A stretch of DNA of 64,000 nt from Sandaracinaceae bacterium (GCA_044220955.1 JBGAQA010000022.1:1-64000), one strand, 5' to 3'; shown: positions 9,381-19,900, numbered from the stretch's first letter. Numbers and translations: made by a program. The notes: generated from the sequence alone by a model not told the origin.

Positions 9381-11402
9381 ATGGACAGCAAGTGGTCGGA
9401 CGCGGACGCCGCGAGCACCGTGGCGCGCTACGCGGGACGCCGGGACGTGAACGAGGATCTCGCGCTGCGCGTGTACACGTCGCGGCTGATCGGTCGGGAC
9501 CCCTCGCTCGTGCTGCACGGCGGTGGGAACACGTCGGTCAAGACGCGGCTGCTCGATGACCTCGGCGAGCTCACGCCCGTGCTCTGCGTGAAGGGGAGCG
9601 GCTGGGACCTCGCGGACATCGAGCCGGAGGGACACCCCGCGGTGCGCCTCGAGTCGCTCACGAAGCTGGCCCGCCTCGAGCGGCTGAGCGACGAGGCGAT
9701 GGTCAACGCGCAGCGGGTACGGCTGCTCGATGCGTCCGCGCCGAACCCGTCGGTCGAGACCCTGCTGCACGCGTTCCTGCCGCACAAGTTCATCGACCAC
9801 TCGCACGCGGACGCCGTGCTCTCGCTCGTCGACCAGCCGGACGCGGAGCGGATCTGTCGCGAGGTCTTCGGCGGCACGCTCGCCGTCGTCCCGTACGTGA
9901 TGCCGGGCTTCGCGCTCGCCAAGCTCGCCGCGCAGGTCCAGTCCGAGCACGCGGACGCCGTCGGGCTCCTGCTTCTGCGGCACGGGCTCTTCACGTTCGG
10001 CTCGAGCGCGCGCGAGTCGTACGAGCGGCACGTGCGCGCGGTCGACCAGGCAGAGCGCTGGCTGGCGGCTCGGCGCAGGCCCCCGGCGAGACGCGCGGTC
10101 GCCGACGTCGACTTCGCGGCCGTCGCGCCGGTGCTGCGCGGGCGCCTCGGCGAGGGGCAGCGCAGGTACGTCCTGACGCTGCGCGCGAGCGCCGCGGTGC
10201 GCGCGTTCGTCGACCGCGCCGACCTCGGCGGGCTCTCGCAGCGCGGGCCGGCGACGCCCGACCACGTGATCCGGACCAAGCGGCTCCCGCTCGTGCTCGA
10301 GCTCGCGGGGCTCTCGCCCGCCGAGGCGGGCGCGCACGTCGAGGCGCGCCTCGCGAGCTACCGCGCCGAGTACCGCGCTTACGTCGAGCGCTGCGCGGGG
10401 GCGCGTGGGGCGAGCGTGAAGCCGCTCGACCCCGACCCTCGGGTGCTGCTCGTCCCCGGCCTCGGCGTCGTGGCCGCCGGGACGACGATGAAGGCGGCGC
10501 GCATCGCGGCCGACGTCTACGAGCGCTCGACGGAGGTGCTCGCCGCGGCCGAGGACGTCGGCCGCTACGAGCCCCTTCCCGAGCTCGACCTCTTCGACAT
10601 GGAGTACTGGTCGCTCGAGCAGGCGAAGCTCGGCTCGGCCAAGCCGAGGGCGCTCGAGGGCCAGGTCGTCTACGTCACCGGCGCCGGGCGCGGCCTCGGC
10701 GAGGCGACGGCGCGCGCGCTCGCGGCCCAGGGCGCGCACCTCTATCTCGTCGATCGCGAGGCCGAGCCGCTCGCCGCCGTCGCGAGGAGCCTCGGCGCGG
10801 AGCACGAGGTGCTCGACGTCACGGACGAGGCGGCCGTTCGCGCCAGCGTGCGGCGCGCCGTGACCCTCTTCGGCGGGCTCGACGGAGCGGTCTCGAACGC
10901 GGGGACGGCGCCGCAGGGCGCGATGCCCGACTCGAGCGATGTGCTCCGGCGCAGCGTCGAGATCAACCTCTACGCCCACCAGTACGTCGCGTCCGCGGTG
11001 AGCGAGATCCTGCGCGCGCAGCGCATGGGGGGCTTTCTCCTCTTCAACGCGTCGAAGTCCGCGTTCAACCCCGGTCCCGACTTCGGTCCCTACGCCGTGC
11101 CGAAGGCGGCGCTCGTCGCGCTGATGAAGCAGTACGCGCTCGAGCTCGGCGGCGAGGGCATCCGCGCGAGCGCGGTGAACGCCGACCGGATCCGGACGGG
11201 CCTCTTGCCCGCCGACGACGTCGCCAAGCGCGCGCAGGCGCGCGGCCTCGACGCCGACGCCTACTACAAGACCAACCTGCTGCGGCGCGAGGTCAGCGCC
11301 GCCGACGTCGCGGAGGCCTTCGTCTACCTCGCGCTCGCCAAGAGCACGACCGGGTGCGTGATCACCGTCGACGGCGGCAACATCGCCGCCTCGCCGCGCT
11401 GA
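9381..11402 (+). CDS. Bifunctional class II aldolase / short-chain dehydrogenase (rhamnulose-1-phosphate aldolase/dehydrogenase-like)
   Basis: Aldolase part: LHGGGNTSVK, PSVETLLH, DHSHAD, TPDHVIRTK, EYWSLEQAK. SDR part: TGAGRGLG, NAG, YAVPK. Confidence 0.9.
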   Translation: MDSKWSDADAASTVARYAGRRDVNEDLALRVYTSRLIGRDPSLVLHGGGNTSVKTRLLDDLGELTPVLCVKGSGWDLADIEPEGHPAVRLESLTKLARLERLSDEAMVNAQRVRLLDASAPNPSVETLLHAFLPHKFIDHSHADAVLSLVDQPDAERICREVFGGTLAVVPYVMPGFALAKLAAQVQSEHADAVGLLLLRHGLFTFGSSARESYERHVRAVDQAERWLAARRRPPARRAVADVDFAAVAPVLRGRLGEGQRRYVLTLRASAAVRAFVDRADLGGLSQRGPATPDHVIRTKRLPLVLELAGLSPAEAGAHVEARLASYRAEYRAYVERCAGARGASVKPLDPDPRVLLVPGLGVVAAGTTMKAARIAADVYERSTEVLAAAEDVGRYEPLPELDLFDMEYWSLEQAKLGSAKPRALEGQVVYVTGAGRGLGEATARALAAQGAHLYLVDREAEPLAAVARSLGAEHEVLDVTDEAAVRASVRRAVTLFGGLDGAVSNAGTAPQGAMPDSSDVLRRSVEINLYAHQYVASAVSEILRAQRMGGFLLFNASKSAFNPGPDFGPYAVPKAALVALMKQYALELGGEGIRASAVNADRIRTGLLPADDVAKRAQARGLDADAYYKTNLLRREVSAADVAEAFVYLALAKSTTGCVITVDGGNIAASPR

Positions 11403-11409
11403 GGCCCGC

Positions 11410-12615
11410 TTGATCACCGACCTGCGCAAGCGCCCCGCGCCGGGCCCGCCCGCGCCGAACCGGCCGCTCCTCGAGCACCCGGTCCTCGCGCTCGGCTTCC
11501 GGCCCTTCTTCCTGCTCGCGGGCCTCTTCGGCACGCTCTACGTCCCGCTCTGGCTCGTCGTATTCCACGGGCGCCTCGTGCTGCCGACGCAGCTCCCGCC
11601 GAGCGCGTGGCACGCGCACGAGATGCTGTTCGGCTTCGCCAGCGCCGTGCTCGCGGGGTTCCTGCTGACGGCGGCCCGGAACTGGACCGGCCAGCCCACG
11701 CCGTCCGGCGCGCCGCTCGCGGGGCTCGTGCTGCTCTGGCTGCTCGGACGCGTCGCGATCCTGCTCCTCGGGGCCGTACCGCGCCCGCTCGCGGCCGCCG
11801 TCGACCTCGCCTTCCTGCCGACGGTCGCCGTGGCGATCGGCGTCCCCATCGTCCGGGCGCGCAACTGGAAGAACCTCGGCCTCGTCGCTCTCTTGCTCGT
11901 GCTCGCGGGCGCGAACCTGCTCTTCCACGCCGGGCCGCCCGCCTGGACCTCTCGCGCGCTCGAGCTCGCCGTGCACGTCGTCGTCCTCGTGGTGATCGTG
12001 ATGGGCGGGCGCGTGATCCCGTCCTTCACCGCCAACGCGCTCCGCGTGTCGACGACGAAGGTCGCGCTCCTCGACTGGAGCGCGTTCGGCGTGGCCGCCG
12101 CGGCGGCGGGGCTCGATCTCGTGCCCGGCGCGGCCCGCATCGCCGGCGTCGCCTCCGTGGTCGCGGGCGTGCTGAACGGCGCGCGCATGATCGGGTGGCG
12201 CTCGCTGGCGACGCGCGCCGAGCCCCTGCTCTGGGTGCTCCACGTCGGCTACGCGTGGGTCGCCGTCGGCCTCGTCCTCTCGGGGCTCGCGCGCTTCTTC
12301 CCCGCGTGGCCGCAGACCGCGCCGACCCACGCGCTGACGGTGGGCGCGATGGCGGTGCTGATCCTCGGGATGATGTCGCGCGTGAGCCTCGGTCACACGG
12401 GGCGCATGCTGGTCGTCCGCAAGCCCATGGCGGTCGCGTTCGCGCTGCTCGCGCTCGCGGCGCTGGTGCGGGCGGTCGGACCGCTCGTGCTCCCGGGCAG
12501 CTACCTCGTGGAGCTCGACGTGAGCGGCGCGCTCTGGGCGCTCGCGTTCGGCACGTTCGTCGTCGTGTACGCGCCCGTCCTCACCTCCGCGCGGGTCGAC
12601 GGCAAGCCCGGCTGA
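11410..12615 (+). CDS. nnrS: NnrS family protein (NO tolerance, membrane)
   Basis: GFRPFFL, WHAHEMLFGF, GFLLTAARNWTG, GGRVIPSFT, LWVLHVGY, HALTVG, MMSRVSLGHTGR. Confidence 0.93.
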   Translation: MITDLRKRPAPGPPAPNRPLLEHPVLALGFRPFFLLAGLFGTLYVPLWLVVFHGRLVLPTQLPPSAWHAHEMLFGFASAVLAGFLLTAARNWTGQPTPSGAPLAGLVLLWLLGRVAILLLGAVPRPLAAAVDLAFLPTVAVAIGVPIVRARNWKNLGLVALLLVLAGANLLFHAGPPAWTSRALELAVHVVVLVVIVMGGRVIPSFTANALRVSTTKVALLDWSAFGVAAAAAGLDLVPGAARIAGVASVVAGVLNGARMIGWRSLATRAEPLLWVLHVGYAWVAVGLVLSGLARFFPAWPQTAPTHALTVGAMAVLILGMMSRVSLGHTGRMLVVRKPMAVAFALLALAALVRAVGPLVLPGSYLVELDVSGALWALAFGTFVVVYAPVLTSARVDGKPG

Positions 12616-12697
12616 GCACCGCGGGGTCGGTTGCGCCCGCGCACCTCGCCCCGCGGACTCGCGTGTAAAGTGCCACTCAACGCTAGGCGCCCACCAC

Positions 12698-12703
12698 AGG
12701 AGG
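12698..12703 (+). promoter_or_regulatory. Shine-Dalgarno site of the radical SAM gene
   Basis: AGGAGG with a 6-nt spacer before ATG 12710. Confidence 0.7.
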
Positions 12704-12709
12704 TTCCCG

Positions 12710-14593
12710 ATGGCTGATGGAGAGGCCCGCGACGCGCGGCGGCTCTTGATGAGCTCACCCTGGTATCCGGAGGGCTACCAGGCACAGGCCTGGGACAACC
12801 CGGTGACGGACTTCGGGGACCTACAGTTCTCCGGGCACCAGGATCTGTTCACCCTGCACGGGCACATGCACGAGCTCTTCGCGCACGTGATCGGTCAGAA
12901 CGTCCGCTGCCCGAGCGTGTACCTGGAGTATCCGCGCAAGGAGGACTTCATCGCGGAGGTCGACAAGGGCTACGAGTTCGTCGGCATCCACGCGTTCTAC
13001 AACCAGGTCGAGGCGGCCTTCGACATGTGCAAGGTCGTGCGGCAGCGCGCGCCGCGCTCGAAGATCGTCCTGGGCGGCTACGGGGCGCTCGGCATCGCCG
13101 AGATGGTGCCCCCCGACGAGGTCAAGCCCTTCGCCGACTACCTCTGCCTCGGCGAGGGCGTGAGCTTCATGCGCAAGCTCCTCGGCGAGCCCGCCGACGC
13201 GCCGACGCGGATCACGCACCTCCCGCGGGGCGGGATGACCATCCCGTGGCACCAGAAGTACCCCGTCGACAGCCTGGGCGTGTGCGTCGCTTCGCTCGGC
13301 TGCCCCTACGGCTGCGACTTCTGCGGCACGACGAAGATGTTCAACCGCCGGCGTCTCGTGCTCGTCACGCCCAAGCAGCTCGCCGACGAGGTCGAGCGCA
13401 TCTACACCGAGGAGCCGGGGACCATGATGGTCGCCGTCTACGAGGAGGACTCGTTCCTCGATCGTGAGTACCTCGAGGAGGTCGGCGAGCACCTGCGCAA
13501 GTCGTCCATCGGGCTCGAGTGCGGGCTCTGGGTCCTCGGCGGCATCCGCTCGATCACCCAGTGGCCCGGGGACGATCGCTACGATCGGATCGCGCGCTGC
13601 GGCATCGCCTCGGCCTTCCTCGGCGTCGAGTCCAAGTTCGCGGGGCAGGAGGGCTACGTCAAGCGCCAGGGCAACACGCGGGAGGTCTTCGAGCAGCTCC
13701 ACAAGCGCGGCATCAGCACGGTCGGCGCCTGGATCTGCGGCCTGGACTTCCACACGCGTGAGAACATCGAGGAGGATCTCGCCTTCTTCCTCTCGCTCAA
13801 GCCCACCTTCAACCAGCTCAGCACGCTCTGCCCCTTCCCCGGCACCGACCTCTTCAGGAAGATGGCCAAGGAGGGGCGCATCCCCGAGAAGCCGCGCTGG
13901 CAAGACCTCTCGTTCTTCGGGGCCGGCGGCGGCTTCCAGTACAAGAACTTCGAGTCGCACGAGGTCTTCGACATCATCCACAAGGGCTACCGCAAGTCGT
14001 ACGAGCTCTGGGGGCCGTCGATCATGCGCGTGCTCGACACGCAGCTGAACGGCTACGAGTGGGCGCTCTCGACCGGTGACAAGGATCTCGCGCGGCGCGC
14101 CGCCTACCACCGGCGCATGGCGATGCTGAACTACCACTACCTGCCGACCGCGACGGAGCTCGCTCCGAACGGGATGGTGCGCCGCAAGATGCGCGACCTG
14201 GGCGCGCGCTACGAGCGGCTGCTCGGGGCGCCGGCGACCATCCAGCGCATCATGGCCGGCCTCACCCTCGAGCTCGCCAAGCACGAGCGCGGGATGCGCC
14301 AGCGCTCGGGGCACGAGCGACACGTGCAGATCCCGTCGCCTCCCGCGACCCGCTTCGACTTCGCCGGATCCTCGGCCACGCGGCCCGGCCAGCGGCCCTG
14401 GACCAGCGCGGTGCTGACCGCGGATCCCGAGCGCGAGCGCGACCGCCGCCGCCGCGCCGCCGTGTCGGTGGCCGCGACACCGCTCGCGGAGGCCGCGCGC
14501 CTCTACGACTACTTCCAGCGCCGCACCAAGCCGAGCCGGCAGGCCGTCGACGACGCCACGCGGGCCATCCAGGGCTTCCTCTCGCCCGCGTAG
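12710..14593 (+). CDS. Cobalamin-binding radical SAM protein (class B methyltransferase-like)
   Basis: B12-binding-like region (FVGIH...KIVLGGYG...DYLCLGEG), CxxxCxxC motif GCPYGCDFC, FLGVES, LCPFPGTDL. Confidence 0.87.
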   Translation: MADGEARDARRLLMSSPWYPEGYQAQAWDNPVTDFGDLQFSGHQDLFTLHGHMHELFAHVIGQNVRCPSVYLEYPRKEDFIAEVDKGYEFVGIHAFYNQVEAAFDMCKVVRQRAPRSKIVLGGYGALGIAEMVPPDEVKPFADYLCLGEGVSFMRKLLGEPADAPTRITHLPRGGMTIPWHQKYPVDSLGVCVASLGCPYGCDFCGTTKMFNRRRLVLVTPKQLADEVERIYTEEPGTMMVAVYEEDSFLDREYLEEVGEHLRKSSIGLECGLWVLGGIRSITQWPGDDRYDRIARCGIASAFLGVESKFAGQEGYVKRQGNTREVFEQLHKRGISTVGAWICGLDFHTRENIEEDLAFFLSLKPTFNQLSTLCPFPGTDLFRKMAKEGRIPEKPRWQDLSFFGAGGGFQYKNFESHEVFDIIHKGYRKSYELWGPSIMRVLDTQLNGYEWALSTGDKDLARRAAYHRRMAMLNYHYLPTATELAPNGMVRRKMRDLGARYERLLGAPATIQRIMAGLTLELAKHERGMRQRSGHERHVQIPSPPATRFDFAGSSATRPGQRPWTSAVLTADPERERDRRRRAAVSVAATPLAEAARLYDYFQRRTKPSRQAVDDATRAIQGFLSPA

Positions 14594-14599
14594 GCGTCC

Positions 14600-16684
14600 A
14601 TGGGCAGACCGACCGCGACCACGTGCGGCCAGTGCCTCGCCGGGTGCGGCATCCTCGTGGACGCCGCGCGCGACGTCGAGGGTGACGCCAGCGATCCCGT
14701 GACGCAGGGCTTCCTCTGCCAGAACGGGCGCGCGTCCGTCGAGCTGCTCGACCACCCGGGGCGCCTGCGCCGCCCGCTCGTTCGGGGCGCGCCGACGGAC
14801 TGGGAGACGGCCCTCGCGGCGGCGGCGCGCGGCATCGCGGCCGCTCGCGATGCCGGTGGGCCCGACGCGGTCGCGCTCTACTTCGGGGCCGGGGATCCGG
14901 CCGGCTCCATGGCGTTCCTCTCGGCGGCGGGGTTCCTCGCCGGGCTGGGCTCGAGCCGCCACTACAACGTCATCGGCCTCGAGGCCACGCACCGCAACGT
15001 CGTCGCCGAGGCGATGCTCGGGAGCGTGATGTCCATCCCGCGCCCGGACTTCGAGCGGGCGGGGGGCGCGCTGCTCTTGGGCACGAACCCGCTCGTCTCC
15101 AACGACGAGGGCGGGATCGCCGCCGCGCTCGACCGCATGCACCGGCGCAAGGCGGTGACCGTCGTGCTCGACCCGCGCCGCACGGAGCTCGCGCGGCGCG
15201 CGACCGTCCACCTGCAGATCAGGCCGGGCACCGACGCGGAGGTGCTCGCCGCGATCCTGCACGTCGTGCTCTCGCGCGACGGAGCGTGGGCCGCGGTCCG
15301 AGAGCGCATGGACGGCCTCGAGCGCCTGCGCGAGGTCGTCTCGGCGATGCCGCCCGAGCGGGCGGCGGAGATCGCCGGCGTTCCTGCGGGCGACATCGAG
15401 CGCGCGGCGCGTCTGCTCGCCCGCGCCGCGCCGGTGACGGCCATGAGCCGCCTGGGCTCGGCGATGACCTCGCGAGGCACGCTCAACGAGTGGCTGAGCT
15501 GGGCGCTCGTCGGCTGTCTGGGCGGGCTCGGCGAGGACGGCGGGCTGGTCCTGAACCGCGGGTACCTGGACTTCGAGCGGATGCTCGCCAGCTCGCCTCG
15601 CGCCCCCGGCTCCATCGCGGGCGTGCTGCCGCCGGCCGACCTCGCGGACGCGATCCTCGATCGCGGCCCGCAGCGCGTGCGTGCGCTGGTCGTCGTCGCC
15701 GGGGATCTCGTCGCGTCGCTGCCGAACACGTCCAAGGTGGAGAAGGCGCTCCGCGCGCTCGATCACCTCGTCGTGCTCGACGTGGTGCCCACGCCCACGA
15801 CGGAGCTCGCATCCGTCGTCTTGCCGTGCGCCCATCACCTCGAGAAGGACGACATCGCGATGCTGCTCCCCGACCGGCAGCCCCTGCGGCACGTGCGGCC
15901 GAGCGTCCCCGTCGCGCCGCCGCCGCCGGGCGTGCGCAGCGAGGTCGCGATCTTCGGCGAGCTGGGACGGCGGCTCGGAACGCCGATCTTCGGAGCGCGC
16001 GCCATCGACGGGCTGGTGCGCCTGGCCTCGCGCTTCTCGCCCGAGCCGCACGCGCCCGGCGCGATGAGCCCCCGGGCCGCGATGCAGGTCGTCCTGCCGC
16101 TCCTCTCGCGCTTCGAGCTCACGTGGGCCCGCATCTCGCGCGCGCGGCACGGCGCGGTCGAGACCCCCGGCGGGCGCGCCCTGCGCGACGCGGTGAGCCG
16201 GCCGGGTGGGCGCATCGATCTCGCGCCCGAGCGCTTCGTCCGAGCGCTCGAGGCCACGCTCGGCGCGCCGCGCGTGACGACGGTCGGCGGCCAGAGCGAG
16301 GGCGTGCTCGATCTCTCGACCTGCAACCGCGCGCGCGGCTTCATCAACGGCAAGCTCGCTCTCGTCGGCCGTGCGCCGAAGGAGGCGACCGTGCGCCTCA
16401 GCCCCGAGGACGCCAAGGCGCGCGGGCTCGTGGACGGCGACGCCGTGCGCATCGTGACCGACGCGGGCGCGCTCGAGGCCCGCGTCGCGTGCGACGCCGC
16501 CCAGCGATCCGGCGCGGCAGGTATGGAGTTCGGCACGCGCGGACTGAACCGGCTCACGCGCGACGACGTGCGCGATCCGCTCTCGCAGATCGCCGCGGTC
16601 GCGAACGTCCCGTGCCGGATCGACCGAGTCCCATCCCACAACGCCGACCCCGCCGGGGCCGGAGCGAACGGAGCAGCAGAATGA
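14600..16684 (+). CDS. Molybdopterin (bis-MGD) oxidoreductase, DMSO reductase family
   Basis: N-terminal [4Fe-4S] motif CGQCLAGCG...GFLCQNG, RLRRPL, GTNPLVSN, LDPRRTELA, IRPGTD, VVLPCAHHLEK, C-terminal SPEDAKARGLVDGDAVRI. No TAT signal seen. Confidence 0.87.
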   Translation: MGRPTATTCGQCLAGCGILVDAARDVEGDASDPVTQGFLCQNGRASVELLDHPGRLRRPLVRGAPTDWETALAAAARGIAAARDAGGPDAVALYFGAGDPAGSMAFLSAAGFLAGLGSSRHYNVIGLEATHRNVVAEAMLGSVMSIPRPDFERAGGALLLGTNPLVSNDEGGIAAALDRMHRRKAVTVVLDPRRTELARRATVHLQIRPGTDAEVLAAILHVVLSRDGAWAAVRERMDGLERLREVVSAMPPERAAEIAGVPAGDIERAARLLARAAPVTAMSRLGSAMTSRGTLNEWLSWALVGCLGGLGEDGGLVLNRGYLDFERMLASSPRAPGSIAGVLPPADLADAILDRGPQRVRALVVVAGDLVASLPNTSKVEKALRALDHLVVLDVVPTPTTELASVVLPCAHHLEKDDIAMLLPDRQPLRHVRPSVPVAPPPPGVRSEVAIFGELGRRLGTPIFGARAIDGLVRLASRFSPEPHAPGAMSPRAAMQVVLPLLSRFELTWARISRARHGAVETPGGRALRDAVSRPGGRIDLAPERFVRALEATLGAPRVTTVGGQSEGVLDLSTCNRARGFINGKLALVGRAPKEATVRLSPEDAKARGLVDGDAVRIVTDAGALEARVACDAAQRSGAAGMEFGTRGLNRLTRDDVRDPLSQIAAVANVPCRIDRVPSHNADPAGAGANGAAE

Positions 16685-16941
16685 GCGCGACAACGACCAT
16701 CGACCTCTGTCCCGTGGGGCTCGCCGAGCGCAACACCATCGTCTCGCGGCGCTTCGCGGCGCTGAAGGTCGGAGACGCGCTCGAGATCGTCGCCGACGCC
16801 CCGCCCTGGGTCCTCTACCACCAGCTCACGACCGATCGTTTCGGCGAGTTCGAGTGGGACCTGAAGGAGGGAGGCCCGGAGCGCTTCGTGGTGCGGATCA
16901 CGCGCACCACGGCGGGCGCTCCGGAGCGCCCGAGCACGTGA
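16681..16941 (+). CDS. DUF2249-domain protein
   Basis: 86 aa: IDL...ER..I..RFAALKVGDALEIVADAPPWVLYHQL...FEWDLKEGGPERFVVRI. ATGA overlap upstream and GTGA overlap downstream. Confidence 0.75.
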   Translation: MSATTTIDLCPVGLAERNTIVSRRFAALKVGDALEIVADAPPWVLYHQLTTDRFGEFEWDLKEGGPERFVVRITRTTAGAPERPST

Positions 16942-19900
16942 GCGGCACCGTGCGCGTCGCGGGCTGCGACCTCGGAAAGGCCCGCGCGAAGCTCGCGGTC
17001 CTCGACGTCGCGCCCGACGGCGCGTGGACGCTCTTGCGCTCGGAAGGCGCTCCCCACGAGGGCCGGCCGCTCGACGCGCTCCGAGCCTGGTACGAGGCGG
17101 GCGCGCTCGAGGGGTGTGCCGCGCTCGGAGCGACCGGTCTTTTCGGCGATCTGCTCCGTGCGCCGATCGTCGCCGGGCTCCCGGAGCAGGAGTGCCTGCG
17201 CGCGGCGCTCGCCGCGCGAGCGGAGCTGCCGGCGTCGGTGAACGTCGTCTCGATCGGCGCCCGCGGGTACGCGGCGCTCTCGCGCGACGCGCGCGGGCAA
17301 GTGCGCTTCGCCGAGAGCGACAAGTGCTCTTCGGGCACGGGCGAGAACGTGGTGCGCCTCGCCGGGCGCTTCGGGCTGGACGTCGCGGCGGCCGATCGGG
17401 CCGCCCTGGCCGCGCCGCAGGCCGTGGCGATCACCGCGCGCTGCAGCGTCTTCGCGAAGAGCGAGATGACGCACTTCGCCAACCAGGGCACGCCGGCCGC
17501 CGAGCTCCTCGCGGGATACTTCGGGTCGATCGCGAGGCACGTCGCGGCCTTGCTCGAGCGGATCCGCGTGCCCGGCCCCGTGCTCGCTCTCGGTGGAGCG
17601 CTCGAGCTCGAGTCGATCCGCGCTGCGCTCGGCGCCGAGCTCGGGCAGTCCGTGGAGGTGCCGTCGGGCGCGCGCGACTTCGAGGCCGTCGGCGCGGCGC
17701 TCGTCGCGCTCGGGGCGGTCCGGGCCGGCGCCTGCGCGCCGCTCCCGCTCGGCTTCGACGACTGGCTCGCGCCGCCCGCGCCGCGCATCCCCCGCCTCGG
17801 CGCCGCGCGAGCGGCCGCGCGTCGGGTCCAGCGGCTCGAGGCCGCGCCGATCCCCGAGGGTGCGGCCGGGAGCCCCTCCGTGCTCGGCCTCGATCTCGGC
17901 TCGACGGGAAGCAAGGCCGTGCTCACCTCCATCGCCACCGGCGACGTCGTGCTCGACGTGTACGATCGCACGCGCGGCAACCCGCTCGACGCGACGCGCC
18001 GCCTGCTCGAGTCGATCCTCGGGCGTGCCACGCCCGACGTGCGCGCCATCGGCGTCACCGGCTCCGGCCGCGAGGCCGTCGCCACGGTCCTGAGGGCCGC
18101 GTTTCCCGAGCTCGCCGAGCGCATCGTCGTCGAGAACGAGATCGTCGCGCACGCGACCGCGGCGATCCGCTGCGACGAGAGCGGCGGGGAGAGCCTCTCC
18201 ATCGTGGAGATCGGCGGCCAGGACGCGAAGTTCGTCCAGATCGCCCACGGCAAGATCGTGGAGAGCGATCTCAACCGCGCCTGCTCGGCGGGCACGGGCT
18301 CGTTCCTCGAGGAGCAGGCCGTCTTCCACGGCATCACGGACATCGAGGAGCTCTCGCGCCGGGCCAGCCGCGCCGAAGCGCCGCCCGATCTCGGGCAGAT
18401 GTGCACCGTCTTCGTCGCAGACACGGCGGCCGAGGCCCTGCGGCAAGGGTTTCCGCTCGACGACGTGCTCGCGGGCTACCAGCACTCGGTCATCCGCAAC
18501 TACCTGAACCGCGTCGTCGGGCAGCGGGTGCTCGCGCGCCGCGTGTTCTTCCAGGGCAAGCCGGCGGTGAGCGAGCCGCTCGCGTGGACCCTGGCCGCGG
18601 TGACGGGTCGCGAGGTCACGGTCCCGCCGAGGCCGGGGGAGATGGGCGCGTGGGGCATCGGCCTGGTCGCGCTCGAGGCGCTCGGCGCCGCGCGGCTCCT
18701 CGAGGGCGCGCCGGCCGACCTCGCGCGGCTCCGCCGCGCCGAGATCGTCGGGCGGACGACGTTCCAGTGCAAGGACGCCGGCTGCGCCACCCTCTGCCGC
18801 GTCGATCGCACCACGGTCGCGGTCGAGGGCGCGCGCCACACGGTGATCTCGGGCGGCGCGTGTCCGAAGTTCGAGGTGGCCACCGGCAGCAAGCGAAAGC
18901 TGCCGCGGGACGCCCCCGACGCGTTCGGCGAGCGCGAGGCGCTCTTCGCCTCGAGCGCGTCGGCGCAGAGTGGGACGGGCCGCGCCGTGGTGAAGATCCC
19001 GGTCGCCGGCGCGACCGGCTCGCTCGTCCCCTTCCTCACGACCTTCGTCAGGGCGCTCGGGCTCGACGCCGTGCTCGTGCGCTCCGATGCCCGCACGCTG
19101 GCTCGCGGCGAGGATCGCTGCGGCTCGTACGACGCCTGCGCCCCGGTGAAGGTGGCCCACGGCCTCGCGCTCGAGCCCTCGGATCTCGTGCTCTTCCCGA
19201 AGGTGGTCGACCTCCACGACCGCGACGGCTGTGCGGGTCGGACGTGCCCGATGGAGCAGGCCATGCCCGACCTCGCCGCGCTCGGCGCGGCGCGCGACGG
19301 CGCCTCGCCGCGCATCGTGCGGCCGCTGCTCGCGCTCGCCGACGGGCTCGCGTCGCCAGCAGCGCGCCGCGCGCTCGCGAGCGCGGCCAGCGCGCTCGGC
19401 GCGGACCCGGAGCGGGTGCCGGCCGCCCTGCGCGAGGCGGCGCGAGCGCAGTCCGCCGCCGAGCGCGCGCTCGACGAGATCGGCCGCCGGACGCTCGCGT
19501 ACGGCGCGGCGCACCAGATCCCCGTCGTGGTCGTCTGCGGCGCGCTGCACACGATCCACGAGCCCGCCGTGAACGCGCGCATCCCGGCGCTCTTGCGCGA
19601 GAGCGGCGTCCTGGCCCTCCCGATGGACGCGTACCCGCTCGAGGGCGCGGCGCGCGGGATGGAACGCATCGCCTGGGCGGAGGCGCGCCGCGCGTTCGCG
19701 GTCGTGGCGAGCGCGCGCGCGCGGGGTGACGCGTACCCGCTCTGGCTCTCGTCCTTCGGGTGCGGCCCGGGGAGCTTCAACGAGCACGTCTTCACCGCGC
19801 TCGCGGAGGGCTACCCGCACTGCGTGCTCGAGAGCGACGGACACGGCGGCGCTGCGGGGTTCGTGACGCGCATCCAGGCCTTTCTCTACACGGTGCGGCG

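Noticed and set aside
12661..12676. Sigma54-like TGGCAC-N7-GC on the minus strand between nnrS and the radical SAM gene
   Set aside because: It points antisense into nnrS and lacks the TTGC -12 element; unsupported.
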